DNA from: a bacterium
GTDB lineage: Bacteria; Krumholzibacteriota; Krumholzibacteriia; LZORAL124-64-63
Assembly: GCA_018829565.1 (NCBI GenBank)
Contig: JAHJTW010000183.1
Location: 9,996 to 73,995, forward strand
DNA: 64,000 nucleotides
Reading direction: 5' to 3'
Below are positions 41,217 to 49,822 of this stretch, in pieces. The notes below the pieces were generated by a model. The model did no database searches. It saw only the letters and a list, made by a program, of their open reading frames with translations, and was not told the origin of the DNA. The first letter of the stretch is position 1, and each line of letters starts with the position of its first letter. A program made the position numbers and the translations under genes.

Positions 41217-41692
41217 GGTTCCTCCTCGGATCGATGCGGGTCCCCGTGGGGGGACGCGCGGTTGGCCGTCAGCTGGAAGATGGCGAAACCGGCGGCGTAC
41301 ATGAGACCATCGAGGGCATCGGCGACCGCCCCCGGCTGGAAATGCGGCAGGACCAGCTCGAAATAAAAAGCAAAGAGGGCGACGGCCGCCAGGCCGTGGG
41401 CAGGGGGAAGGCGCCACCGGCGGTCCCGATGGGCGCCGCGCTGGAGGACCAGCAGGACCGCGAGCACGAGGGGCAGGCACAGCAGGTCGTCCAGGTACCC
41501 GCCCAGAATCGCGGGGCCACGGCCCAGGGCGATGGCCGCGTGGCCTCCCGCCAGCAGGATGCCGGCCAGACCGGCGAGAACGAGGGGACCCCGGGCACCG
41601 GACGCGGCGATCAGATCGACAGGACGGTGATCACCAGGGCCGATCCCAGCAGGAACGCGAGTGTCAGCAGCCATTCGCCCTTCTTGGACATC
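41135..41692 (-). pseudogene. Small polytopic membrane protein gene, apparently frameshifted near 41610 (or sequencing error)
   Basis: MKMSKKGEWLLTLAFLLGSALVITVLSI reads in one frame and stops. A hydrophobic continuation (…GPLVLAGLAGILLAGG…GLMYAAGFAIFQL) follows in another frame. Confidence 0.3.
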
Positions 41693-41754
41693 TTCATGAA
41701 CCCAACCTTCAACATCTGGGGGGCCGGAGCGGAGTCCGGCCCCCGGTTCCCGGA

Positions 41755-42543
41755 TCATCCTTCGCGGGCCTCGTGCAGGCCGAAGACCACGCCCTGGGGA
41801 TCCTGGATCACGGCGAACCGGCCGTGATCAGGGATCACCGTGGGAGGGACCATGCTCTGTCCCCCCAGTTCCAGGGCCTTGGCATGGACCGCATCCAGGT
41901 CCGACGCGGAGAAGTAGAGCAGCCAGTGGGGGGGGATCGGCCCCATCTCGGGCTGGATGGCCATCATTCCCCCCACCCACCGCTCCGGACCGGCGGTGAA
42001 GAAGTGGTAGGGTGGGAAACCCTCGATGGCCATGTCACCGGTTTCCCATCCGAACACCCCGCCGTAGAAGGCAGAAGCCCGGTCGGTGTCGGTGGTCATC
42101 AGTTCGTGCCAGCACATGGCCCCCGGTTCGTCCCGCACGTCCACGCCGACGTTCCGTCGCGGCTGCCAGATGCAGAAGGCCGCCCCGAGAGGGTCGATGC
42201 AGACGGACATGCGGCCCAGGTCCATGACGTCCATGGGACCCATGGCGACCGTTCCGCCGAGGGTGGTCACCCTGGCGGTCGCGGCATCGCAGTCGGCCAC
42301 CGAGACGTAGCTGGCCCAGTGGGGCGGCACGCCCTGGGCGATCTGTTCGGGAACCAGCTTGTAGAGAGCGGCGGTGATTTTCCCCCCGAGCTTGAACTGC
42401 GTGTAGGAGCCGTGAGGGGTTTCCTCCTCGGCGAAGTCCCAGCCGAAAAGGCGGCTGTAGAACCGCTGGGAAACCTGGGGATCGGGAGAGGCCAGTTCGC
42501 AGTAGCAGAACGTCCCCGGGGCGTGTTCCTTGAAATCGGGCAT
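41755..42543 (-). CDS. VOC-family (glyoxalase/bleomycin-resistance/dioxygenase) protein, tandem VOC domains
   Basis: Two beta-alpha-beta-beta-beta modules. ATG preceded by AGGAGG. Confidence 0.65.
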   Translation of the reverse strand: MPDFKEHAPGTFCYCELASPDPQVSQRFYSRLFGWDFAEEETPHGSYTQFKLGGKITAALYKLVPEQIAQGVPPHWASYVSVADCDAATARVTTLGGTVAMGPMDVMDLGRMSVCIDPLGAAFCIWQPRRNVGVDVRDEPGAMCWHELMTTDTDRASAFYGGVFGWETGDMAIEGFPPYHFFTAGPERWVGGMMAIQPEMGPIPPHWLLYFSASDLDAVHAKALELGGQSMVPPTVIPDHGRFAVIQDPQGVVFGLHEAREG

Positions 42544-42586
42544 GAGGCGCCTCCTGGTGCGGGTGGAATCGGGGGTCCCGGGATAT

Positions 42587-45392
42587 CTAATCAAAATCCT
42601 GGGAGATCGCCGCGACCTGGTCGAAGATCCCCGCCGGAATCCCTGCACCGGCCAGTCCGGAGCGATACCTCTCCGCGAGTGCCCTGGCTCCGGCGACGTC
42701 ACCCGCTCCCAGCTTCCACCACACGATCTCGGTCCAGAGCTGCCAGGTCATCCGGGCCGGACGATCAGGCAAAGCTCCGGTCACCGGGTCGTCGAAGAAG
42801 GCGGCCGCCCTGGCGAACTGCCCCGCCGCCTCGGCGTACCTGCCGGACAGGGCCAGGAGCTGGCCCGCCGCGGCCCGGTGCAGGGGTTCGGCTCCCCTGT
42901 CGTCCAGCAGGTCCACCAGGCCGGGTCCCGATCCTCCCCCTCCCCCCGCGAGGGCGGCCAGGGCCGCCCCCAGCGAACGTCCGGTTCCCGGTTCGATCTC
43001 CGAAAGGCGCGCCCTCACCCGGTTCTCCAGCTGCCGGATGATGCCCGTCTGGGCCTCCGGATCGGATGCCCGGCCGGACCAGAGATCCAGCTTGGCCTGG
43101 ACCAGGCGGCGGTGGAGGTCCATCAGCGGGGGCCGTTCCCCTCCCCTCCGTCCCTGCCGCCATTTCAGTTCCACGTTCTCCAGCATGCGATCCTGGGCCT
43201 GCTGGACGGCCGCCACCTGGTCGAGGAATTCCCGCAGGCGGCGGCGGTCGCCGGCCAGATCGGTCAACTCGCCCCCGGCCACGGTGAAGTTCGCGGGATT
43301 CCACCAGGCGCTGTGCATGGTGCCGGGCAGAGCGGACGGCCAGGATCCGTCGGACCTGCGGACCGCCAGGACCCGGAAGTAGGCGTTGTCGAAGACCGGG
43401 CGGAACCGGCTCAGGGAGCCCGGGTCCAGGTGCATGCGCACCGCGAGCATGCCGGTATCGAGCCGGCCCCCGTGGCCGGCGAGGTAGGCGGATGAGCCCG
43501 TCCCGTCGTTGCCGGCGACGTAGCGGTCGGTTACCAGGAAATCGGCGTCCAGGTCGGTCGCGAAGCTCCACAGCGCTTCCTCGTCCCTGCCGAACAGCAG
43601 CTTCAGGAAGGCCTCGTAACGTCGGCGGATCTCGCGGTTCTCGAACTGGGAGTTGAGGACCACCGGCCGCTCGGCATAGAGCAGGAGCTGAGGGGAAAGT
43701 CCCACCTTGGCCAGGAAGGCCGCTGGTTCCCCGCCTCCCGGGGCCCCCGGGCCCGGCGTGGCGGAGGTGATCCACCGGAACAGTTCGGCCCGGTCGATCC
43801 AGGTGTCCTGGTCGGTGGCGCCCAGCTTCACCGGACTGCCGGCCCTCAGATCCCGGCTGACGGCGATCAGGTTGCCGAGGTTGCCCCCCAGGTTGAGGAC
43901 CGGAGTGGCCAGGAACACCGCCGCCACGAGGACCGCGGCGGGCACCGGACCGGGGCCGCGCCCGCGCACCCACAGGACCGCCCGGTCGGCCAGCAGCGCC
44001 ATCCCGATGGCGGCGAAGGGCAGGAACACCACCCCCAGCCGCTCGATCAGCAACCATACCGCCAGGAAGGCCGGGATGCAGAGCAGGAAAGCCCCGGAGG
44101 CCCGGCCGGACCGGTCCCGCAGCCCTTCCGCGAGGGCCCAGACCGTCACCACCGGCACCCACAGGACGTGCAGACCCAGCTTGGCGCGGATCTCCGCCAG
44201 GCCCGGCGAATGGAACGGCTCGGTCCAGAAGATCCTCACGTCGAAGGGCAACAACGAGGGATCGTCGGGCTTGTGGAAGCCGAAGCGCACCTTTTCCACC
44301 AGCAACCCGAAGACGTGGTTGTAATCCCCCCCGAACACCCGGTTGAGCAGGGAGAGCCCCGTCAGAACCACGGCCAGGCCCGCCAGGATCCCCAGCAAAG
44401 CCCCGGACCCCAGGTCGGGCCGCCGCCGCGCCAGCCAGGCCGCCCCGCACCAGGCGAGCACCACCGCGACCAGGGGGCTCGAGAGGAATCCCCGCTCCCA
44501 CAGGGATGGGGTCAGGCCTGACGCAACCGCGGCGATCAGGTAAGCCGCCGGAACCGCGATTCCGGGGCCGCCTCCGGCGGGACGACGGACCACGGCCGCA
44601 TAGGCCGAGGCGGCCAGGACGACCAGAAGCAGGAACTGGCTGAGATGCCAGCTCGCCAGGGTCGCCGCCAGCAAGAGGGCGGCGATCGCCAGGCGGGGCC
44701 ACCGGGGCCGCCTCCAGGCCCAGGCGTGGGCGACCAGGAAGCCCCCCAGCAGCAGCAGGGCGAAGTCCTCCTTCAGCAGGAGAGAGCCGGCCAGCCGCTG
44801 GAAACCCAGGGTGCAGGACGCGTAGAATGCGACGCCGAGGACCGCGGCCAGCCGACCGGCCCCGGCCAGACGCGCCGCCCCGAACAGGGCGAAGAACAGC
44901 AGCACGTGGACCAGCGGAACCAGCTTCAGGAGGAACTCCACGAAGGGACGCGACTGATCCCCCGCCAGGCGATAGAGCAGACCGTAGACCGGCTCCATCA
45001 GGAGGGTGTATTCCCGCCAGGCGTCCACGCCCCCCGGATGTTGCTGCCAGGTGTCGGATCGTAGCCTGAAGGGATCCTGATAATCATCGACCGCGAACAT
45101 CAGGGCGGTGCGGTAGTGGAACGCCCGTTCGCTCCAGAAGTAGCCGTAGTGGCCCAGGTGGCTGGGCGGGGTCCGTTCCTGTACCCCCTGCCCGGGAAAC
45201 GGGTCCGGGCCGGGAACAGCCACGGCGTGCAGGGGAGGGTCGCCCAGTTCGCCGAACTGGAGGTACATGGCGGTCGCCGCATCGGTGACCAGGCGCCAGG
45301 ACAGGATCGCCAGCACGACGATGGCCAGGAAGGCGATGGCCTCCCCCACCAGGGGGTTCCTGTTCGGGATGGATGAATTTCCGCGGGACATG
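42587..45392 (-). CDS. Large integral membrane protein, GT-C-fold glycosyltransferase-like (PMT_2/ArnT/YfhO-like), with a C-terminal TPR-containing soluble domain
   Basis: More than 12 predicted TM helices in the N-terminal 550 aa, then a soluble domain with TPR-like repeats. 935 aa. Confidence 0.5.
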
Positions 45393-45519
45393 TAACCTAT
45401 TCTCCGCCTGATGCGTGTCTGATCGTGATGAAATCCGAGGGGGATTGTAACAGCATCCGGACCGGGCCCAAACCCGGAATGTCCCCCCGTCTCCTGGCGC
45501 CCTGACCGAGGATGGAACC

Positions 45520-46389
45520 ATGTTCTCACCTTCCTGCCGGTTTTCCCGGATCTTCTCGATGACTCCCCTCGCCCTGGTCCTGGTCCTGGCCGGGAGCGGT
45601 CCCGCCGCGGGAGGCGGGGTCGGCTTGCCCACCCGCTCGGCGGGCGTCGGCTTCGGCAATCTCGAAGATTTTTCGGGTCTGCGGTTCAACCTGTCGGACC
45701 GGGGAGTGGAGCGCGTGGACGGGATCAACGTCACCTTCTGGAATCCCGACCAGCATAATCGCGGTCTGTATCGCGGCATCCAGTTCAACCTGGTCGGACA
45801 CAGCGGAACATTGACCCAGGGCCTCTCCCTCAACGGGGTGGGGCTGGGCAACGGGGATTTCCAGGGGCTCGCCGTGGGAGGCCTGGGCGTCGGCGGAGAC
45901 AACATGACGGGGATCGTCGTGGGAGGCCTGGGCGTCGGCGGGGATGACCTGACAGGGGTGTTCTGCGGCGGACTGGGGGTCGGCGGCGACGACGTGACCG
46001 GCATCGCCCTGGGCGGGCTGGGCGTCGGCGGCGACAAACTGACCGGCGTGTTCTGCGGCGGACTGGGTGTCGGTGGTGACGACCTGACCGGCATCGCCGT
46101 GGGCGGGCTCGGCGTCGGCGGCGACCGGTTGGAGGGCCTGTTCGCGGGCGGGGCGATCGGCGGAGACAGCGTCGATGGGATCGCACTCGCCGCCGGCTAC
46201 CTCAAAGCCGAGTCCTTCCGTGGGTTCGGCACCGGGGCCCACACCAACCTGAAGAAGGCTCAGGGGCTTTGCATCGGGATCTTCAACCGGGCGGACGTCC
46301 TCGAGGGAGTCCAGATCGGCGTGTTGAACCACGCCGGCAACAATCCCCGCGGCCTCCAGTGGCTGCCCGGGATCAACGCCCACTTCTGA
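45520..46389 (+). CDS. Secreted Gly-rich repeat protein (six 15-aa tandem repeats GGLGVGGDxLTGIxV)
   Basis: Signal peptide. In-frame 45-bp DNA tandem repeats. Confidence 0.6.
   Translation: MFSPSCRFSRIFSMTPLALVLVLAGSGPAAGGGVGLPTRSAGVGFGNLEDFSGLRFNLSDRGVERVDGINVTFWNPDQHNRGLYRGIQFNLVGHSGTLTQGLSLNGVGLGNGDFQGLAVGGLGVGGDNMTGIVVGGLGVGGDDLTGVFCGGLGVGGDDVTGIALGGLGVGGDKLTGVFCGGLGVGGDDLTGIAVGGLGVGGDRLEGLFAGGAIGGDSVDGIALAAGYLKAESFRGFGTGAHTNLKKAQGLCIGIFNRADVLEGVQIGVLNHAGNNPRGLQWLPGINAHF
45877..46146 (+). repeat. Six 45-bp in-frame tandem repeats within the CDS
   Basis: ggNggNctgggNgtcggcggNgaNNNNNtgacNggNNtNNNNNtg repeated six times. Confidence 0.8.
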
Positions 46390-46472
46390 TGTGGAAACGG
46401 ACTTTTTCTGCGGGAGCCGTCCGCGGCTCCCGATAATTTCTTGACAACCCCGTTTCCTCGCGGCGAATTTCG

Positions 46473-48419
46473 GTGGCAGAATCCGGTCATCGGGATCGCC
46501 ACAGAGGAGATACGCCGCTCTTGCGCAAGCCCCGTCATCTGTTCCTGCTGGCGCTCGTCATCCTGGTCTGCATCCTGGCTTCCTGGCGCTGGTCCCAGAT
46601 GATCAACGCCATGCTGCCGGCCGACAGCCGGCCGGTCAGGGTGACGTTCCCCTCCTCGCTCCCCCATACTCCCCTGGCCCTGCAGGGGCTGGCCGCCCAG
46701 CTGGCGGCCGAGTTCCCCCGGATGGCCGCGGACTTCCACCATCTCGACCATTTCCTCGAAGCCGGCATCGACCGCTACGAAGGCCCGGCCACCTGCCTGC
46801 AATGCCACCGGGAGATCACCGTGCCCGGGGAGGACGGGAACGAGCGCAGGGTGGACCTGCTGCAGGATCTGACCGATTCGGTCCATTACCGGTTCTTCAG
46901 CAGGGCGCATCCCAACGTCTACGGGTTCAATGGAAAGTCGGCTGACGACTTCGCCATGGGGAAGATCAACCGCCCCTGCCCCAAGCCGGGATCCTTCGCC
47001 ATGACGGCCTGGGCCGAACTGATCGTCACCACCGGGGGCGACACCCTCAGCGAGGGGTGCGGGCAGTGCCACATCGGTGGCCAGCATCAGGCGCCGCTGG
47101 GTGAGATGATGCCCGGCTACCGGACCCTGGGAATCGAGACCGAGGCCATCGATTGCCTGATCTGCCATGCGGCCGCGTACGACATGGCCCGCAGGCAGGT
47201 GACCGTCGGTCCCGACCAGCGCCGCCGCTGGGGCCAGGACCGCAGCCTCAAGGCCGCCCTCTCGGTGACCCGCCCCACCACCCGGGCCTGCCTGCGCTGC
47301 CACCAGCACAACATGGGCGGGGACATCTACGTCGACGAGGCCGACTCCACCTTCATGCCGGCCATCATCCAGCTGGGAGCGGACCGCCCGCGGGTGCAGC
47401 ATCCGGGTTCCAAGCGCGGCACCCCCTTCTCCCCGAGCTGGGACGTCCACGCCGCCGCCGGCGTCACCTGCCTGGACTGCCACGAACCTGTGGGACACCG
47501 GATTCCCCGGGGGACCCACACGACCACGATCATGGCCAACGACCTGCCGGGACGGGAGGTCGGCTGCGCCGGCTGTCACGAACCGGATCCCCACGACGCG
47601 GCCACGACCGGCGGCCGGGCCCTGAACGATCACCTCCGGGTCATCGCCTGCCAGACCTGCCACATCCCCTCCCTGCAGGAGGACAACGTCACCCACCGGG
47701 ACTTCGGAGAGACCGGCTTCGAGGAGGAGAAGGGCATCCACCTCTACCGGGACAGCCTCAAGGAACACCTGCCCGGCCGCGGCATCGCCTACGCCTGGTG
47801 GAACGGGGACGCCACCTTCCTGGGCAATCCCATCGGGGACAACCCCAACGGGGCGGGCCTGTACCGGTTCTACACCGCGCCGAACCGCTGGCCGGAGTAC
47901 GCGGACTTCGACTACGCCGCCTGGTACGAGCAGGTCATGCGGCCCCTGGCCGCCGCGGGGCGGCCCTCGAAGCTGTACCCCCTGAAACGTTTCAACGGGC
48001 GCCAGCACATCGACCTCCAGAACATCGGCCCCTTCGGGGGGATGTTCGTGCCTTACAACCTGCCCGAATACTACCGGTTCGGCGACCCGGACAACGCCGC
48101 CCGCCTGGAGATGAACAAGTCGATGATGGGACGCATGTACGGCTGGATGTTCAAGTTCTACATGCTGGACCGGTTCATGAGCTACATGGACATCGACGGC
48201 TGGAACACCGACGCCTACGCCGACGTGGTCGCCGGCCGCCAGGTCGAACCGCGGTGGCTGCCCAACGACGCCCTGCTCGAGATCAGCCACGCCATCCGGC
48301 TGGAAGGCGCGCTGACCTGCGCGGACTGCCACCGGCCGGACGGAGTCCTGGACTGGGTGGCCCTGGGCTACACCCCCGAGGAGACCGACCGCCTGGCTGC
48401 ACCTCAGACCATGGAATAG
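46473..48419 (+). CDS. Octaheme c-type cytochrome (8 CxxCH), membrane-anchored/secreted
   Basis: Eight heme-binding motifs: CLQCH, CGQCH, CLICH, CLRCH, CLDCH, CAGCH, CQTCH, CADCH. N-terminal signal-anchor helix. Alternative TTG start near 46527 (RBS GGAGA). Confidence 0.8.
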   Translation: MAESGHRDRHRGDTPLLRKPRHLFLLALVILVCILASWRWSQMINAMLPADSRPVRVTFPSSLPHTPLALQGLAAQLAAEFPRMAADFHHLDHFLEAGIDRYEGPATCLQCHREITVPGEDGNERRVDLLQDLTDSVHYRFFSRAHPNVYGFNGKSADDFAMGKINRPCPKPGSFAMTAWAELIVTTGGDTLSEGCGQCHIGGQHQAPLGEMMPGYRTLGIETEAIDCLICHAAAYDMARRQVTVGPDQRRRWGQDRSLKAALSVTRPTTRACLRCHQHNMGGDIYVDEADSTFMPAIIQLGADRPRVQHPGSKRGTPFSPSWDVHAAAGVTCLDCHEPVGHRIPRGTHTTTIMANDLPGREVGCAGCHEPDPHDAATTGGRALNDHLRVIACQTCHIPSLQEDNVTHRDFGETGFEEEKGIHLYRDSLKEHLPGRGIAYAWWNGDATFLGNPIGDNPNGAGLYRFYTAPNRWPEYADFDYAAWYEQVMRPLAAAGRPSKLYPLKRFNGRQHIDLQNIGPFGGMFVPYNLPEYYRFGDPDNAARLEMNKSMMGRMYGWMFKFYMLDRFMSYMDIDGWNTDAYADVVAGRQVEPRWLPNDALLEISHAIRLEGALTCADCHRPDGVLDWVALGYTPEETDRLAAPQTME

Positions 48420-48618
48420 CCTATCGGTCCTTCTCCTCGCGGATCCGACCCGGTTCCTTGCAGGTGTGTTCCCGGGATCCTTCCTGCGCCAGGATGTCTG
48501 CCCTTCCTCCCGTCGGTGGCAGTCCATCGGGGGGGGGGCCGCCTCCGGCCCGCCTTTTTCAAGCACGGCCCAAACTCCGGTTGAGTACGCCCCGAACGGG
48601 TGATAAGTTGGATCCATC

Positions 48619-49446
48619 ATGTGGCAGAGCATCACCAGCAGCCCCATCATCGACGTCCTCGATATCGTCATCGTGGCCTATCTGCTCTATCGCCTCATCG
48701 TGTTCATCAAGGACACCCGGGTGATCCAGATGTTCGCGGGCCTGGGATTCCTGCTGATCCTGTCCTTCCTCGCCAGCAGCCTGGGCATGATCGTCGTCGG
48801 CCGGATCATCGGCACCCTGCAGACGGTCTGGGTCGTGGCGTTCATCATCATCTTCCAGCCCGAACTGAGGTCGGCCCTGACCAACATCGGCCTGCGCCGG
48901 GGTTTCGGCCTGTTCAAGACGCACGACAAGATCCCCGCCGAACAGGAGATCCTCGAGGCGGTCTCCCGTCTGAGCAAGCGGGGACTGGGCGCACTGATCG
49001 TCATCGAGCGCGAGGTCCGGCTGAACAACTGGGCCCTGAAGGGCGTCCCCCTGGACGCCGAGATCACCTCCGCCACCCTCGAGGCGATCTTCACCGTCCC
49101 AGGCCCCCTGCACGACGGGGCGGTCATCATCAGCCAGGGCAAGATCGCCGCGGCGGCAGTGATCCTGCCCATCACCGAGCAGGAAGAACTGGGCTACGTT
49201 CTGGGCACCAGGCACCGTGCCGCCATCGGGATCTCCGAGCAGAGCGACTGCGTGGTGATCGTGGTGTCGGAGGAGACCCGCGCCATCAGCGTGGTGCACG
49301 CCGGCAACATCAAGCGCGGGCTTTCCCTGGACGATCTGGCCACCGAGCTCGAGCGGATCTACCTCGCCGCCACGCCCCCGCACCGGCGCCGCAAGGCCAA
49401 GGCCCCCGGCGACCGAACCCCCGAACCCGACGGGGCGTCCTCCTGA
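48619..49446 (+). CDS. cdaA: Diadenylate cyclase (c-di-AMP synthase)
   Basis: Three N-terminal TM helices, then a DAC domain with DGA (PLHDGAVII) and RHR (GTRHRAAIG) motifs. Confidence 0.85.
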   Translation: MWQSITSSPIIDVLDIVIVAYLLYRLIVFIKDTRVIQMFAGLGFLLILSFLASSLGMIVVGRIIGTLQTVWVVAFIIIFQPELRSALTNIGLRRGFGLFKTHDKIPAEQEILEAVSRLSKRGLGALIVIEREVRLNNWALKGVPLDAEITSATLEAIFTVPGPLHDGAVIISQGKIAAAAVILPITEQEELGYVLGTRHRAAIGISEQSDCVVIVVSEETRAISVVHAGNIKRGLSLDDLATELERIYLAATPPHRRRKAKAPGDRTPEPDGASS

Positions 49447-49476
49447 CCTGCGTCCTCCCCCCCCTGGCATGGTCGA

Positions 49477-49503
49477 CCGCCGGGGATGCGCCACCCCCGG
49501 CGG
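49477..49503 (+). terminator. GC-rich hairpin (CCGCCGGGG-atgcgccac-CCCCGGCGG) downstream of cdaA
   Basis: Perfect 9-bp stem with no U-tract. Candidate terminator. Confidence 0.35.
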
Positions 49504-49756
49504 TCCGACGTGGCAGCCGGCCCGGTCCTCCCAGTCCTGACAGGTTGCCGTTCCCATCAGGCAAGGGGCGCACCGATTTTCCCGGGGTTTCCATTTTCCG
49601 GTGATCGCGGTAATCATTTGAATCAAAATGACTTGGGAATGAAAATGAGGGCGCCTGAAGATTCTCCCCGTGTCCCATTCTGTCCCATGATCCCCCCCCC
49701 CATCTGGAACACCGATCCGGGGACACCGGAAACTCGTTGACCCCCAATCAATTGAA

Positions 49757-49787
49757 TGTCCCGCCTCCGGAACCGGAAGCGGGACAC
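49757..49787 (-). terminator. Hairpin (GTCCCGCCTCCGG-aacc-GGAAGCGGGAC) downstream of the HD-GYP gene
   Basis: 13-bp stem with one mismatch, about 40 nt after the stop at 49823. Confidence 0.4.
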
Positions 49788-49822
49788 CGGGACACATTGA
49801 TGCCGGTCCGGCCGGCCCCGGT

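Noticed and set aside
45877-46146. Possible CRISPR array
   Set aside because: The units are contiguous 45-bp repeats with no spacers, in frame within a CDS encoding Gly-rich repeats. This is not CRISPR.
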